From Takakia lepidozioides (lineage: Eukaryota; Plantae; Bryophyta), in contig CM060734.1 in NCBI GenBank assembly GCA_030704615.1, forward strand, positions 310,001 through 374,000: DNA of 64,000 nt. Direction: 5' to 3'. Below are positions 1 to 12,848 of the stretch, one piece after another. Each line of letters opens with the position of its first letter. Within the stretch, counting starts at the first letter, position 1. The notes beneath the pieces are model-generated. The model worked only from the letters and a program-made list of their open reading frames with translations. It did not search any database and was not told where the DNA came from. Position numbers and translations under genes: made by a program.

Positions 1-1381
1 ATCAACCAATGTTATTCCAGTTGTGATACCAGCCGGTTACCAAATGATTTGATTTACGTTAGTAATTTAAAGTGGTAGCCTGAGTACGGGCCGATTTATA
101 AGTAAATATACCTGGTTTCCCAAAGAAAAATGAAATATTGCAAAAGCCCTTTGCATTACCTATGCATATTTTATCAAATCAAGTGCATTTAGTTAGGAAC
201 ACTGGTTGAAGTCTCATTGTCCAACATGGCCGAATCTTCTCATCCTTTGTCTTTGTGTTTGGAAAAAAAAAAAAAAAAAAAACTTTTGACCAAGGAGAGA
301 TGTCGCTTACCTCACTTCGGTAAACTCCCTTTCATGTCATAGTTATTTACTTTGGTGCGCACGCCTAACTCCCAAACTGGCCGTCGGGCTAACTTGGAGC
401 TTCGGCGGCTCACCAGGATATAACGGTCCCCCCTTTACTCTCCCTCACGCACCCTCTACTACGCGTGCCGAGTAGAAATTCCCTTTGATGTATGCAAATC
501 CGGAGGAGCTCCCCAGACTTTAGTCGTTTTCCGACTTGTTTGTTTGCTTCACTAGCTTTTGGTCGCTTAATGGGCTTACTCTGTTCTTGGGCTTGCTACT
601 CCCTATATATACTTCTGTAGGTATCGGAGGGGGTCTCACAATGAGCTCAAATCTTTTTTGGTGAACCTCAACTCCCTGTGATGAATCGTGGTGAGCCTTG
701 GCCCACCCCACACGGCTCAATGGACCGTGGTAAGCCCCAAGACTCCCCACGACTCCCACCACAATGCCTCAGCCCCATGGTGAGTCTTATGTCACCTACA
801 CTACAACTCCCTATGCTACGACCACCCCACTCGGAGCCCCCACCTTAGTAGCTCTTCTTTATTACCCTCTCGCCAGAACCGCGTCAAAGCCCTCCCGATC
901 AGCTCCGCTATACTAGTTACACAGGGGCGGTCATCCCCTGGCATCCTAATGCTCTCTATCAGCGCTACGACGTACCCTAGTGCCCCTAATGCTTGGAAGC
1001 CAACAGTCATGCTCCTCCCTGGTGTAGTGCACAAGAACGAGGCTAACTTGGTCAAGCTGGTCCTCGCTCATTCTCCCTTCGAGGCCTATCTATCTTCCTA
1101 TCCGAGTTCTTGCCCTCCGGTGGCTGCGGTATGAAGCCACAACGTAGCGCGTTGGGGGCAAGGACCTACTGCTGAACCATACAGAAGACAAGAAAACCAC
1201 CAACACAACGACACAAAATACACACCGGTCATCCAAAATTCTCCCTTCGTATGTTTTACTAACAAGGCAATCCCCCAATTGGGGTGTGTGGCTGCTATAT
1301 TCTACCAATACAATACGAGTCACAGCCCGATTTCTCTCCAGTGCTGTCTTTTCTTGCTAATCACTATTTCAGCCTGACTAG

Positions 1382-1712
1382 CACTAGAAGAAAAACGCGG
1401 AATAACCACTCTGTTAACCACTCACTTTGAGTGGTAAAAGACTTAAGTAAGCCACTCTGGCCCCAGAGTGATGAAGAACCAGTGCATTAGGACAAGTGAG
1501 TGGTAACAGACATTACGTGGTACCGGTGGTTAAGGACAGTGGTTCAAACCACTCACGTCCGGGTGCACCTGTTAGCTGACATGTCGCAGTGGTAAATTAA
1601 CCACTATGACATGTCAATGACGTGTCACTGAGGTAAACCAACCAGTTATGACGTGTCACAGTGGTACACTGACGTGTCATGGTGGTAAAGTAACCACTTC
1701 CGTTTTGTAGTG
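1382..1712. mobile_element. Short CACTA-type element (or paired CACTA termini) with internal ACCACT/AGTGGT repeats
   Basis: Starts CACTAGAAGAAAAACG (1382) and ends CCGTTTTGTAGTG (1712). Many ACCACT/AGTGGT motifs inside. Flanking triplets TAG/GAG are only a near-match to a 3-bp TSD. Confidence 0.5.
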
Positions 1713-1799
1713 GAGACGTGTAAGCCGGTGGTCCGTGGATGATATTGGAGATTATGTCGACACGTGGCGACGCTCTCAGCATGGACACGTGTCGTGTGT

Positions 1800-2300
1800 C
1801 AGTGCTACGAAATGTGGATGAGTGAAAACTTCAATGACTTCTGAAACCACTTGTTGAATGACCACAAAATTACTCATAGAGTCATTCTATGAAAACTGAG
1901 AATATACAATATCACTCACAGAGTGGTTATGTGAGTGGATGACGTCTCTCAGTAGGTCATTGGAATGATTACCCACAAAGTGGTATGTAAGCTATTTGAG
2001 TCATTCATGGTGTCTCTCTGAGTGGGAACTATGGATTTGGAGTCATTACTACCAGAGTGGTGTGTAAGTGATTAGGAATACCACTGGAGGAATTCATACC
2101 ACTAGTACAGTAATATATATTTGACTACTTATCCCACTATACAAGTGGTACTGTAGGCAATTGTGTGCATTGGGCTACTCCCACAGTTTTTAATATACCA
2201 CTATTATAGTGATGTGCAAGATTATTATGAACTGACTAGAGGAACACATACCACTAGTGTAGTGTTTAAAGAAGTACCATTGGGGATTCAAGCTCCACAA
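1800..2300. repeat. Degenerate CACTA subterminal-type repeat field
   Basis: Recurrent AGTGGT/ACCACT/CACTA motifs in both orientations, of the same kind as in 1382-1712. Confidence 0.4.
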
Positions 2301-2429
2301 AATAGAATACATCCCAGAGAGTTTAATGCTGGAACACTGTCAACAAAATCCAGCCATTATAAAAGCACTAAGCCTAACTTACACGACGTCCTCCGCATGC
2401 ATGCTAGGAACACTGAACTGCTTTCATGC

Positions 2430-2700
2430 CTTCTCTCACTGCCAGCAATGTTTATGCCCGGTCGAACGAAATCTAAGCCCTCTTCATGTTCTTCTTTGGC
2501 CAAAGACAATTCAGACCAAACGACATCCTCCAACATTGTTTGCGTGGACCCTCTTCCTCGTTAGGGTGAGGCAAGACACAATTGGCAATATAGATATCAT
2601 TTACCTCAACCCGCCACAATCCCTCAGGTATAACACGGCAGTGATATGTATCTTTACCAGGCACACCAGTGACAATTCTGTGTCGTGGTAAATGAGGATC
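2430..2700 (-). pseudogene. Transposase_23/DUF8039-like (TNP1-type) domain remnant
   Basis: Peptide MPGKDTYHCRVIPEGLWRVEVNDIYIANCVLPHPN aligns by eye with the 44627-44905 peptide (LPSRDKYHGKDIRPGWYKVKV...NVVLHSPN), a pattern typical of CACTA accessory-protein C-termini. Confidence 0.5.
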
Positions 2701-4699
2701 ATACAGGCTTGATTTTGTCCTTCAACTTAAACTGCACACACACCCACCGTAAAACCCACATTAATCAACCCATGAAGACTACATGTACATTGAAAACTAG
2801 ATAATGAGGACCGCCCAGTATAAGCAATCACTGAGAGTGTAGAGTACTTTTGGTAGCATAAGAATATCTGCCACTGTGGCCGGGGGTTGATATTTGGGGG
2901 TTGCCTTTGAAGGCGCCGCAGTTGGTGCACTGTCAGTGGCAGTATCAAGCGCGGCTTTCTCAGCCTGCACACATCAGGCCCAACACCCCTTAGCGTTTTC
3001 ATTTAGCAGCATCTACTAATAGTTTGAAGTACCCAACATGTAAATGGCCACATGGTACAGAACTGATAGCCAACAGGTGCATGCATGCTCACCTCTAGTA
3101 CACAAGAAACTGCTGCATGGAGAGGTGCCTCCTGAAGGCCCACCTGACTCTTACTCCCGCTAGAACTTGGTGTTATGTCACCATTTTCATCAGTCAAGGA
3201 CTTTGTGCCTTTGGCAGCAGTGGCTCTGGTTACACGCTCTCCTTTTTGCATGTATTTATTGGTGTGTGAAGGGATTTCTAGAGGATATATGGAAAACCCC
3301 GATTAATTCTTTATTGAAGGTAAGTCTTACTAACCAACGTCAGCCCCTGACATGGGTAGGTTCTGTTCCTTTTGTTCCCGCTCAAACTGGGCGCGGGGTC
3401 AATGGCCACAAGGCTACGGCAAACAACGTCTTATGAGTACAATCTCACCCTTAGTTTCCTCTCAATTGTGGAAGCAATTGAGCATTTCATGATGTGTAGG
3501 GTTTAGGGTAGGGTTTTGTGTAAGCGGAGGTAAAAAATAAGGCAGAACCGAGCAAGGTTTAGGGTAAATCTAAGTGAGTAAGAGGCTGGGGTGTATGGCG
3601 GAGGAATGATCTTTGGAGTGATGAACTGATGGAGATGGGACTGTGTGGGGCTGGACTGAGAGTGAGGGAGAGGCTGGAGAATGGCTCATGAAATGATATG
3701 CTTACAGTGACTGAGATGGTGATTGGTTTATATAACCAAGCCTATTACTACTATGATTGGCTTGTGAACTTACGGCATGAGTGGTTGATTGTTTCATTTC
3801 GAACCTGATATGCTTTGAGCCTGGTTTCCGGAGATTTATCTCCAGACCTGCAATCAGCTTTTTGTGATGAGTTTACAATCTGCATATGGTGGTAAATGTT
3901 ATATCAACCTTGGTTCTTTCCTAAATGTGAATGACCTGGAAACTTTATAGAAAGAATGATGGCTTACGAGTTGGACTATGTATGGCTTGACTGCTGGATT
4001 AAATTTCAAAGGGTTAGAACATGTGTTAGGGTTTTAAATACTGAATGGATGTGGGACATTGCTAGGGCGCCAAGGCATGACATCCATGCATTCACGCCAT
4101 TGGATGCCAAACTTTCTTGGCATTTTGGGCCAAGGTTGTATGCGTTCACAACTGCCGACCTTGCTCGTTGCCCGGTTGGCCTTATTTTCCATCATTGCTA
4201 ACTTTGTGGGATGGAGGGGCTTGTGTAGGGTGCATCAAAGCGCGCAAAGGAAGGGGGGGACTGAGGCTGTGGCGAATGCTACTTGTCCACCTACGACATG
4301 GTGCAATCCAGAGTGGGCAAACGTGGCTGCAGGGCAAGGAGCCCTACCTCGCACAGCCCATGGCCCCTCCACCTACGACGAACACGTGGTCATGGATTCC
4401 ATGGGTCCATTGGAGGTCCCCAAGGAGCTTGGGTACAAGAGGTGCCCAAACTTGGGCCTCCATGCAACGCCGCTGGTGGGCAGTTGGGCAGGCCCCCCCT
4501 TTAATGGTGCTACTCCTCCATTCACCCCCCCCTACTGGTGATGATCAAGATTCCACACAACAAGGGGATGTGGCGTCACAGGCTGCAAACATAAAAAGAC
4601 AAAAAGGCCTAGGCTGGCTGCAAAGGAACATGAAACTGATCGAAAGCCCGCAAATCTGTTGGGCTGAAGCCGCACAAGGTACAACTAAACTCTAAGGGG

Positions 4700-5110
4700 G
4701 AAGTAGACCAGGGGTGTGAGGGGAAGGATTACTGGCCAGAGCTCCTTGCGGGGACTCTGCATCAGATATCTTGATCCTAGCATTTTGCTAGTAGACAAGC
4801 AGGAACCCAGTGACATGGCCAAGGTTAAGGAATCCATGTACGCGGATTTTGAGTACTATCCTAAACTTATGAGCGTTGACAAGTTCTGAAAGCATGTGGG
4901 AGGATTATAAAGTACAACCGCCAAAAGTTAAAGCTGGTGTGGTTGGCTGGAGTTCCATGCCCTCCGAGGTAGAGTCCTGCCATTGGGATGCATTGGTGAA
5001 GTACGGGGATTCCCCCATGGCAAGAAGAGAGTGAGAACATGAAGAGAGCAAGATCCAATTTCCAACCCATCGAGGGTTGGAAGAGCAGGGTTGCTGGACA
5101 GGCCCGACGC
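4700..5110 (+). pseudogene. CACTA Ptta/Transposase_24-like accessory ORF remnant
   Basis: Frame-broken translation ...YLDPSILLVDKQEPSDMAKVKESMYADFEY... and ...VESCHWDALVKYGDSPMARRE... resembles the Ptta W..LV.YW.S motif. Lies just upstream of TNP2. Confidence 0.45.
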
Positions 5111-5555
5111 TTGGTAATATGATATCTGCACCACATTTTAGTATATGTATCATCTATATGTATGTATATATATACACAGTATGTGATGGAGTAGGATACC
5201 ATCTCTGCCCTTTGAGTAGTTGCAAACTGTCACTACAGTCATGCCTCTGTAAACGCCCCACTTGTTTTTTGGATGAATAAGGGCTAATTTTTTTTTGTTG
5301 TGGCCTTGGAAGAAGAAAGAAAGAGCACAAAGTCCAAGCATCACTGAGCTGGCACACGCATCGAAGGCGGACAAGGGTTTAGCTCCCAGTCAATTGGAGG
5401 TGCACATGTAATGGCGTGTGGGTATTTTTTTTTGGTTGCATTTTGCTGGAGCAGTAGCCAGGCCATGCGGGCTGATAATGTGTCTTTCTTTGGCTGTATA
5501 GGGAGGGGGCAGTTGCGATGCAGTCTCGACTGTTGTAAAGGAATTCCTTAGCATC

Positions 5556-8480
5556 ATGGAGCCTGACAGAGCAGCTGTCGTGCTGAGATTACAACAGCAC
5601 GACGATGCTCTTTTTCAGCGTGAGGTTGCGCGGTGTCGAGAGTATGGTCTCACAAGTTAAGATGCCCTTGCAATCACTGTAAGGGTGGACGACCAATCTC
5701 TATAGAGTGAGAAAACATCTAATGGCCAATCATAGATCCCCTGCGTTCAGATCCTGGAGAGGAGCAAGGAGGCAATGCTTCTGACGATGAATGGGAAGAC
5801 AACGGCCGTGGTGGTTTGTGACGACGTAGCTTTAGCAAATCATCGGACACAGGCAGAATTGGACAGAAATGTTATTACATACAAGCGCATGATCCAAGAC
5901 CTTTCAGATCATAGACACACCTGAAACTGGAAATGGGGCAGAAGTGGAATTAGATGACCTAGATGTTCCCCTTCCTTAGCCCATGACCCGGTTTGCGGGT
6001 GGAACTCTCACACTGATGATCCCATCTCATTGGAAAGGCATGTCTACTTTTGTATGAGGCTGTAAATCCTCTAAGCTTGCATCCACCATACTTATAATGA
6101 ATCTATGCGCACACATGGGGTTACAAATGGCTTTGCGATGAAACTGTTCTCTTTGCTGCAGAAAACCTTGTTGCCACAACCAAACGTACTACCCACCTTT
6201 CTACCATGCAAAGACCATGGTGAGCAAGCTTGGGCTTGCTTATGAGAAGATCGATGCTTGCCCAAAGGGTTGTGTTGGTTTAGGGGGGACTGAAAACTTC
6301 AGAGAGTTGCCCCAAGTGTCAAAGCGCCCTTTCAAAAATGTGGGGAGATCCAAGGTACCTGTTTAGGTGCTTCGCCATTTTTCCATTGATACCGCGCCTT
6401 TTGCGTATGTATGATGTCTTCTATTGCAGAATTAATGACATGGCACAGTCAGAATGCAAGCAAACGATGGCCTTGTGCGCCATGCAGCTGATTCAAAGGC
6501 TTGGAAACACATTGATGCTACTTGGCCCGACTTTGCAGCAGAGCCTCGCAATGTAAGGCTTGGTTTTTCCTTCGAGGAGTCAACCCGTTTTGTGATAAGA
6601 ACAATTGCTGGTCAACATGGCCAGTGTTGACGCTGGTATTCAACCTACCTCCCTGGCTCACTACAAAGAAGTTCTTTGTCATGCTTACTCTCTTATTCCA
6701 GGAAAGCAGTCAGTTACAAGTGAGCACATAGATGTGTACTTAGCACCACTGATGGAGGAGTTACTTGTTTTGTGGAAGGGGGTTCGGGCATATGACATAT
6801 GCAAACCTGTTGGTGAGAGAACCTTCATACTATGCGCCATACTACTGTGGAGCATCCACGATTTTCCTGCTTATGGCCTACTTGCAGGATGTGTCACAAA
6901 AGGCTACAAAGGTGTCCCAGTATGCGGTCCTCATGTAGATGCAAGACACTCAAAATTTCTGGGCAAAACTGTCTAACCAAGGTCACCGCAGGTTTCTCCC
7001 TCAGGCCTCTATACCGCAAGAACCGCATACACTTCAATGGACAGGTGGAGATGCGTGCGAAGCCACATCCGTTCACACCAGTTGAACAAGAGGCCGCTGG
7101 TGTTGAGTCTGAAGGTTATGACGTTGACCCCCGTGCTTTTCCTAATGCTGAAGTTCATCCAGCCAAGGTTCATGGTATCAGAAGGCGCATCTGCCTATGG
7201 GATTTACCATACTGGAAGGTACCCCCTGCACTTGTACTTATTTGAGTTCAATGTTCTTTGTAAATGGAAAAGGTAGTGCCCCTGTATGGTTACTTCTTAC
7301 TTTCCGAGTGTGTAAAGTAGCAGTACTGCATGTAATTTGGACTTCACATTAATAACTTGTTGAGTGGTAAAAGGTAGTATCCATGATGCTCAGGAAGTTG
7401 TTGACATCACTTGAGAGGCTAATAATGCACTAAAGGAGTTGTTTGAACCAGTGAGAGGGACTGTCATGCATCACAGCCATTTTAGACATGGAAGTATATA
7501 GTGCTCATAAAGAATCTGATTTGTATAGGACTGCAATCTATCGGAATGTTCCTGAAATGGTGTCACCAATTGCAAGATCTATGTCACGCACTTACTTACT
7601 GGTATCCCATGCATTTCGAAAAGAATTTTTGTGAAAACTTGTTGAAGATGATTTTTCGGACGGAAGTGACACGGTGAAGGTGAGGAATGACATGGAGGTA
7701 ATCGGCATCAAACGTCACTTGTGGCTTCGGCCTGATCCACAGAACCCTTCACGTATCATGAACCGCAGCAACCGTATGTTCTCACTCCCGCTGAAATCAC
7801 GATATTTCTTGATACTTTGGGGGCTATCAAAACCCTTCGGGATTTTGCAGGTGCATTTCAGAACACATACACCTGTCTAGGAACATTTGACGAGTATGAA
7901 GTCCCTGATTATCACGTGTTTAATGCAACAGATTTTACCTGTGTGTATTCGCCATTGCATGGCGGGGGCCCACGTGGGGTCATTATGCGTGTGTTCGCAT
8001 TTTCCGTCGGATTTGTGCCAAAGTATGGGACCCTAATGAAATAGATTCATTGTGTGTAGGTTTTGCTATAATCTTATGTCTGTTAGAGAAAGAGTTCCCC
8101 CCTTCTTCTTTGATGTCATGACCCTTTGCTAGTTCATCTCGTAGATGAACTAGAACACATGTGGTTCCGGTGTTATCACGGTGGATGTATCCCAATGGAG
8201 CGTTTACATGACAGATCTCAATGGATACGTTAGGAATTCCGCAAAGCGCAGAAGGAGTAATGGCTTGCAGGTATGGTTCTTGATGAGGCCGATGGTTGCA
8301 TGAGTGAGTAATGCAATCATTTGATGCCCTCAACGGCGGATTGGGATGCAAATGCGGAGGAAGGGTCGAGAACGAGGTCTTGGAAGGTGTCGGCAAAAAG
8401 CGGGACAGAGTGGAGCTGAGAGAGACGCAGCAACATTTGTATGTGTTGAACAATAACAATGTGATTCTTTGGGTGCAGTG
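5556..8480 (+). pseudogene. CACTA/EnSpm TNP2 transposase (Transposase_21, DUF4218 region), frameshifted
   Basis: Diagnostic motifs across frames: YEKIDACPKGC, RHFPLIPRL, RHAADSKAWKHID..WPDFAAEPRNVRLG, WSTWPV...NLPPW, IPGKQ...IDVYLAPLMEEL, LLWSIHDFPAYG, LWDLPYWK, LEKEFPPSFFDVM, GSVLSRWMYP. Many indels and stops. Confidence 0.92.
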
Positions 8481-9094
8481 AGTTCTTCTTTTCATTGCAC
8501 CTTTATTCATATAATCAGTTCAACATGTCAATTGTGATGCCACCAGTGTAATAGACCACCCACAAAGTCACAAATGTCAGTGTTCAATCGCGATGAAACC
8601 ACTTCTGTATAACTGAATGTCTAAGTGAGTGACTTTATTGGAAGAGCATTTTCATTTACAAGTCATTCTGCTCACTCATCCAATGGTTTCCAAGTATCAT
8701 CTGCTAGGTATTTTTTGCAAATGTAATGCAACACTTCATTGCTAACATGTGTGATTCTTGTTGTCATTTTGTGACAGAAAGTATGCAATAGGAAGGCACA
8801 GTTCACTGCAGATAGAGAGGCATGTGCATGTGTTAGTTTGGATCGGTTGTCTGTCCAGGGCTCCCGCCACCATAAGCAATCTCATGACTTATCGTGCTCG
8901 TCCTATTTTGAGTGGGAACCCCTACCGGCATATTTCATTGACTGCCCTATCGATAGCATGAGACTTGATTATATACATGGTCCCTCTCAAGGTGCATCCT
9001 TGGGGGTTCAAATGATGTTGTATTGTGATGATATGCGATTTCCATATTCAAAGATTGGAACCTTGTGTTTGAGGAAGGCGAGGATAACAGGTTA

Positions 9095-9640
9095 AGTGAC
9101 ATACATAAGCATAGGTGGGTGGTGGCTGGAATCGCAGAGCGAGGAAAACCGCCTAATTTACAAAACAGGTAAATGACGGGGCTCTCCCCATTTGGTGTCC
9201 ATATTCATTGAAGATTTTCCTAGTTGCAGTGTACATTGGTGTACAAAAAAACCAACACGACTTGTAATAACTAACAAGTTGTATAGCACACATCTAAATT
9301 AATAACCAACAAAAAATTAATTCACTTGTCAAAACTATCTCGTTCTAAAACTTCTTCAAACAACAACCAGCCTAATACAAACCACTTCTGTTATTCTTTC
9401 TCACTTTCCCTTTGGTTTGTTTTGTAGGCCATGTCTTCATACAACTGAATTGAACTGGGACAACCCTTGAGAGACAATGGTATGTACTTGAACTTGGGTC
9501 TGGTTTTCTTTTCTCTCTACTTTGCTAACAGTTGTATCATTTTTCAATGGGGAACAAGAAGAACATAGGGTAAATGGAGAGGTAAGACCAGGCCCCCCTT
9601 CAATAGGGCAAATTGGCTTTGTTTGGTTGCAACCAGCCCA
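9095..9640 (+). repeat. Diverged partial copy of the 10113-11220 module, lacking the helicase fragment
   Basis: Three shared blocks: TGACATACATAAGCATAGGTGGGTGGTGGCTG (~9097 and ~10113), GGGGCTCTCCCATTTG (~9178 and ~10783), and GGCCATGTCTTCATACAACTGAATTG...GGGTAAATGGAGAGGTAAGACCAGGCCCCC (~9427-9598 and ~10990-11165). Confidence 0.85.
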
Positions 9641-10499
9641 CTGAGGATGCATGCAAACAAGCCATCTAGCACTACTTTTGGCAGCGATGGAGAGAACCTC
9701 ACCAAGCGTGTGCATGAAATGTTGTTTTCAAGTACTCGGTCCTTTTAACATCTTTCTCCAGACATATGCATCCAAGCTGCTATAGGGGTTCTGGCCATGT
9801 GAGGGTGGCCATGTATCAAATTTGTACTTCTGCTCATTGAGCATTTCCACACTGAACAAAAAGCTCATTATGCACCACCCAATTGGGCGCTCATAGTTCA
9901 GTTGACCTTTCTATTTCAATTTCTCAATGGTTGCTTGGGTTTGTGCTGAACAGGCATTGAGATCATCATATAGGCTCCATATTTGCTAGACCTTTATTCT
10001 TCATTCAGAAGAGAGCTAAGATCATGAGGATTGCTGGTTAGGTCGGCTGGTACAACGTCAGTGCGTGCTACCATAGACAGGCTTGACTGGTTATAGGAGA
10101 GGACGGGTTATACTGACATACATAAGCATAGGTGGGTGGTGGCTGCAATCATAGAGCGAAGATGAGGGCAAAAGATTTTAGCTACAATATTTGGATGAGT
10201 TTTGTGGACAGGCCCCGTGCAAGAGATCCCAAGGCTGCCTCATGTTTTGGAAACATTACCCTCCATCTTGGGATTAGATATCCAAAAATTAGGCCAAATC
10301 GTTCTAAGATGCATTACTTTGATTAAAGATGGGAACCATGAAGTCGGATGAATTGAGGTTGTCTCTATGGCTCATTATAGGACCTGGATTGGTGCTCGGT
10401 ATCTCTCCAATAACAGGGTGGTCTTTGTCATGGTAGTTTCTCTTCTTTCAGATCTGAGTTGGCACTCACAAGTTCTTTGTTGCTGCTGCGTTTGGTGGA

Positions 10500-10775
10500 A
10501 TTTTACGAGGTATTCAGCTGAGGTGAGGCCAGGGCGCTTTGGGATAATAATTACACCGTACAAGCAGCAGCTATTACTACTTCGGAATCGCTTTATTTGT
10601 GCACTAGGTTCTGGTGCAGCATGTGACATTGAGTTCAATACTGTGGATGGATTTCAAGGACGTGAAGTTGACATTCTGATTATGTCCACAGTCCGGATGA
10701 CAAGGGCAAGAGAATAATAGGAATGGTGAAGTAAATCGTGGAAGCATTGGGTTTGTGGCTGATTACAGAACAAGT
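10500..10775 (+). pseudogene. Fragment of a SEN1/MAA3/Upf1-family SF1 helicase (AAA_12 C-terminal domain)
   Basis: GIIITPYKQQL...IEFNTVDGFQGREVDILIMSTVR, then in a shifted frame GSIGFVADYR. Truncated before the NVALTRA motif. Confidence 0.88.
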
Positions 10776-10958
10776 AAAGGTGGGGGCTCTCCCATTTGTT
10801 CTCATATTCATTGCAGATTTTCCTACTTGGTGTAAATTGGTGCAACAAAACCAAGAGTGTTGATATTAAAGGTGGGGGCTCTCCCATTTGTTCTCATATT
10901 CATTGCAGATTTTCCTACTTGGTGTAAATTGGTGCAACAAAACCGAGAGTGTTGATAT
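10775..10958. repeat. 92-bp tandem duplication
   Basis: TAAAGGTGGGGGCTCTCCCATTTG... at 10775 and 10867, near-identical. Confidence 0.9.
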
Positions 10959-11109
10959 TCTTCTCACATTTGCTTTGGGTTGTTTTGCAGGCCATGTCTT
11001 CATACAACTGAATTGGACTAGGACAACCATTGGGAGAGAGAGTACACTTAAGTAAACTACTGTCTAGTTTCAGATCTCTATACTTTGCTAACAGTTGTAT
11101 CAGTTTTCA

Positions 11110-11913
11110 ATGGGGAACAAGAAGAACAAGTATAGGGTAAATGGAGAGGTAAGACCAGGCCCCCAAAAAAAGGCAAAACTGGCTTTGTTGGCTGCAGCCA
11201 GGCCCACCGAGGATGCATGCAAAGAAACCCAGGCTGACCAGAAAAGAATGTATAGGGAGAGACTTGAAGCCCAAAAAGAGGCAGAGATTAATGCGGCTGC
11301 TACAACGTCTGGGCAAGGTTCTGTGGAAGATGCCAGGGTGGGGTTTTCAGAACGAGACAAGAGGAGAATGGCTTTGAAAATGGCCGACTTCTGTTACAAG
11401 CAATTGAGGGAATGTCCAACACTTCATTCACGAACAGAGGTAATGGAGTTATTTTTGGGTCACCATCTCATTAAACTCAGCTTGTCTGCCTATTACTTGC
11501 TGCCTAAAGAGGCCAAGGTGCATGCTGATCTGTTGAAGAACCAGCAGAGCTCCATGCAACTTGTTAAGGGTATGCAGTCTTTAGATAAGCTTGCGAGTAA
11601 ACGCTCATTCTTAACAGCGTCTGTTAGTGGAACCCAGACCACTGCTGTAAGGGCATTGGCTCGTATCCTTAATATTCATCACAGCAATATTAGTCGTGCA
11701 ATAGTACGACGAAGAGTCATTGATTCAGAAGGTGAGGCTTTGGGTGGGAGAAAGAAAAGGTCTGATCATGTAACAGATGCGACCCAAGCGATTGTTTTGG
11801 CTTGGTGGGTAAATGAGACACAAGTGTCACCCAACAAGAAAGATGTCGTGAGGCAGCGCGTGTCGAGGAAAGTCTATGATACACAACCTGCTCACTATCT
11901 TCTTGAGACTCAG
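11110..11913 (+). CDS. N-terminal exon of a putative Sola-like DNA transposase (HTH-like segment plus W..ETQVSPNKKDVVR motif); rest not found
   Basis: Open frame from ATG 11110. Contains ALARILNIHHSNISRAI (HTH-like), RKKRSD and WWVNETQVSPNKKDVVRQRVSRKVYDTQPAHYLLETQ, ending at a CAG|GTAAAC donor at 11914. The motif resembles the SRxxPxKKDxV block I associate with Sola transposases. Confidence 0.45.
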
Positions 11914-12189
11914 GTAAACGTACCCTCTCTTTGCAATGTTTGTGTGGGCTCTCGGTACTTTACAGTCCTTCTACACTTACTACTGTACTGTATTGGACTA
12001 TGTTGGAGTTTGTCAACTGCTATTGTATTGTTTGGGTTGCCTCACGAGTACATTTTCCCTAGACAAGGTACATTGTCACCTGTAAACCTACCAGTGGACT
12101 GAGATTATTGTACTCAATTGTGGACACTATGTCCAGCTCATGTCCTAAATTGGAGTGTCTTCAAGATGTCCCTCCTGTTCATGGACTGG

Positions 12190-12790
12190 TACTCATTGTA
12201 ATGTGACTAGGATGGACTAGAAGTAGGACTCACTAGCATGCACTCCATATATTATGACCAGATAGGACAGAATAGCATGCAGTCCTTGTAATTTGAGTTG
12301 GAGGGACTAGAAGTAGATGTACATGTACTCCTTGAAATGTACATGTACTCCATTAGTACATGCACTCCTTGAAATGTGACTAGAAAAGGACAACGACTAG
12401 GACTAGGACCGATTTGGACACGCACTCCCTCAAATGTGACTAGAAAGGACTAGACTGGGACTGATTTGGACATGCATTCCTTGATATGTGACTAGAAAGA
12501 AGTAGGACTAGGACTGATTAGGCATGCATTCCTTGATATGTGACTAGAAAGGACTAGGACTAGGACTGAGTAGTACATGCATTCCTTGATATGTGACTAG
12601 AAAGGACTCACATTCGGACTGATTAGTACATGTACTACTTGACATGTGACTAGAAAGGACTAGGTCTAGGACTACTAGGACTAATTAGTATATGTACTTT
12701 GACATGTGATAAGAAAGGGCTATGACTAGGACTAGGTCTAGGACTGGTTAGGATGTACTTATTGTACTGTCACCAGGAAAGACTAGTAGT
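12190..12790. repeat. Degenerate ~53-bp tandem repeat rich in GGACTA
   Basis: Unit like CATGCATTCCTTGATATGTGACTAGAAAGGACTAGGACTAGGACTGATTAGTA repeated at ~12471, 12523, 12576 and 12628, with decayed flanking copies. Confidence 0.85.
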
Positions 12791-12848
12791 AGGTTTTATT
12801 AGTGCATGCACTAAATGGGATTCTCTTTGTGCATGTTGTGGTGGTAAT

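Noticed and set aside
300-1325. LTR retrotransposon remnant
   Set aside because: No recognisable gag/pol motif, PBS or TSD.
3250-4082. Solo LTR inside the CACTA element
   Set aside because: LTR-like composition and TG..CA candidates, but no convincing TSD or second copy.
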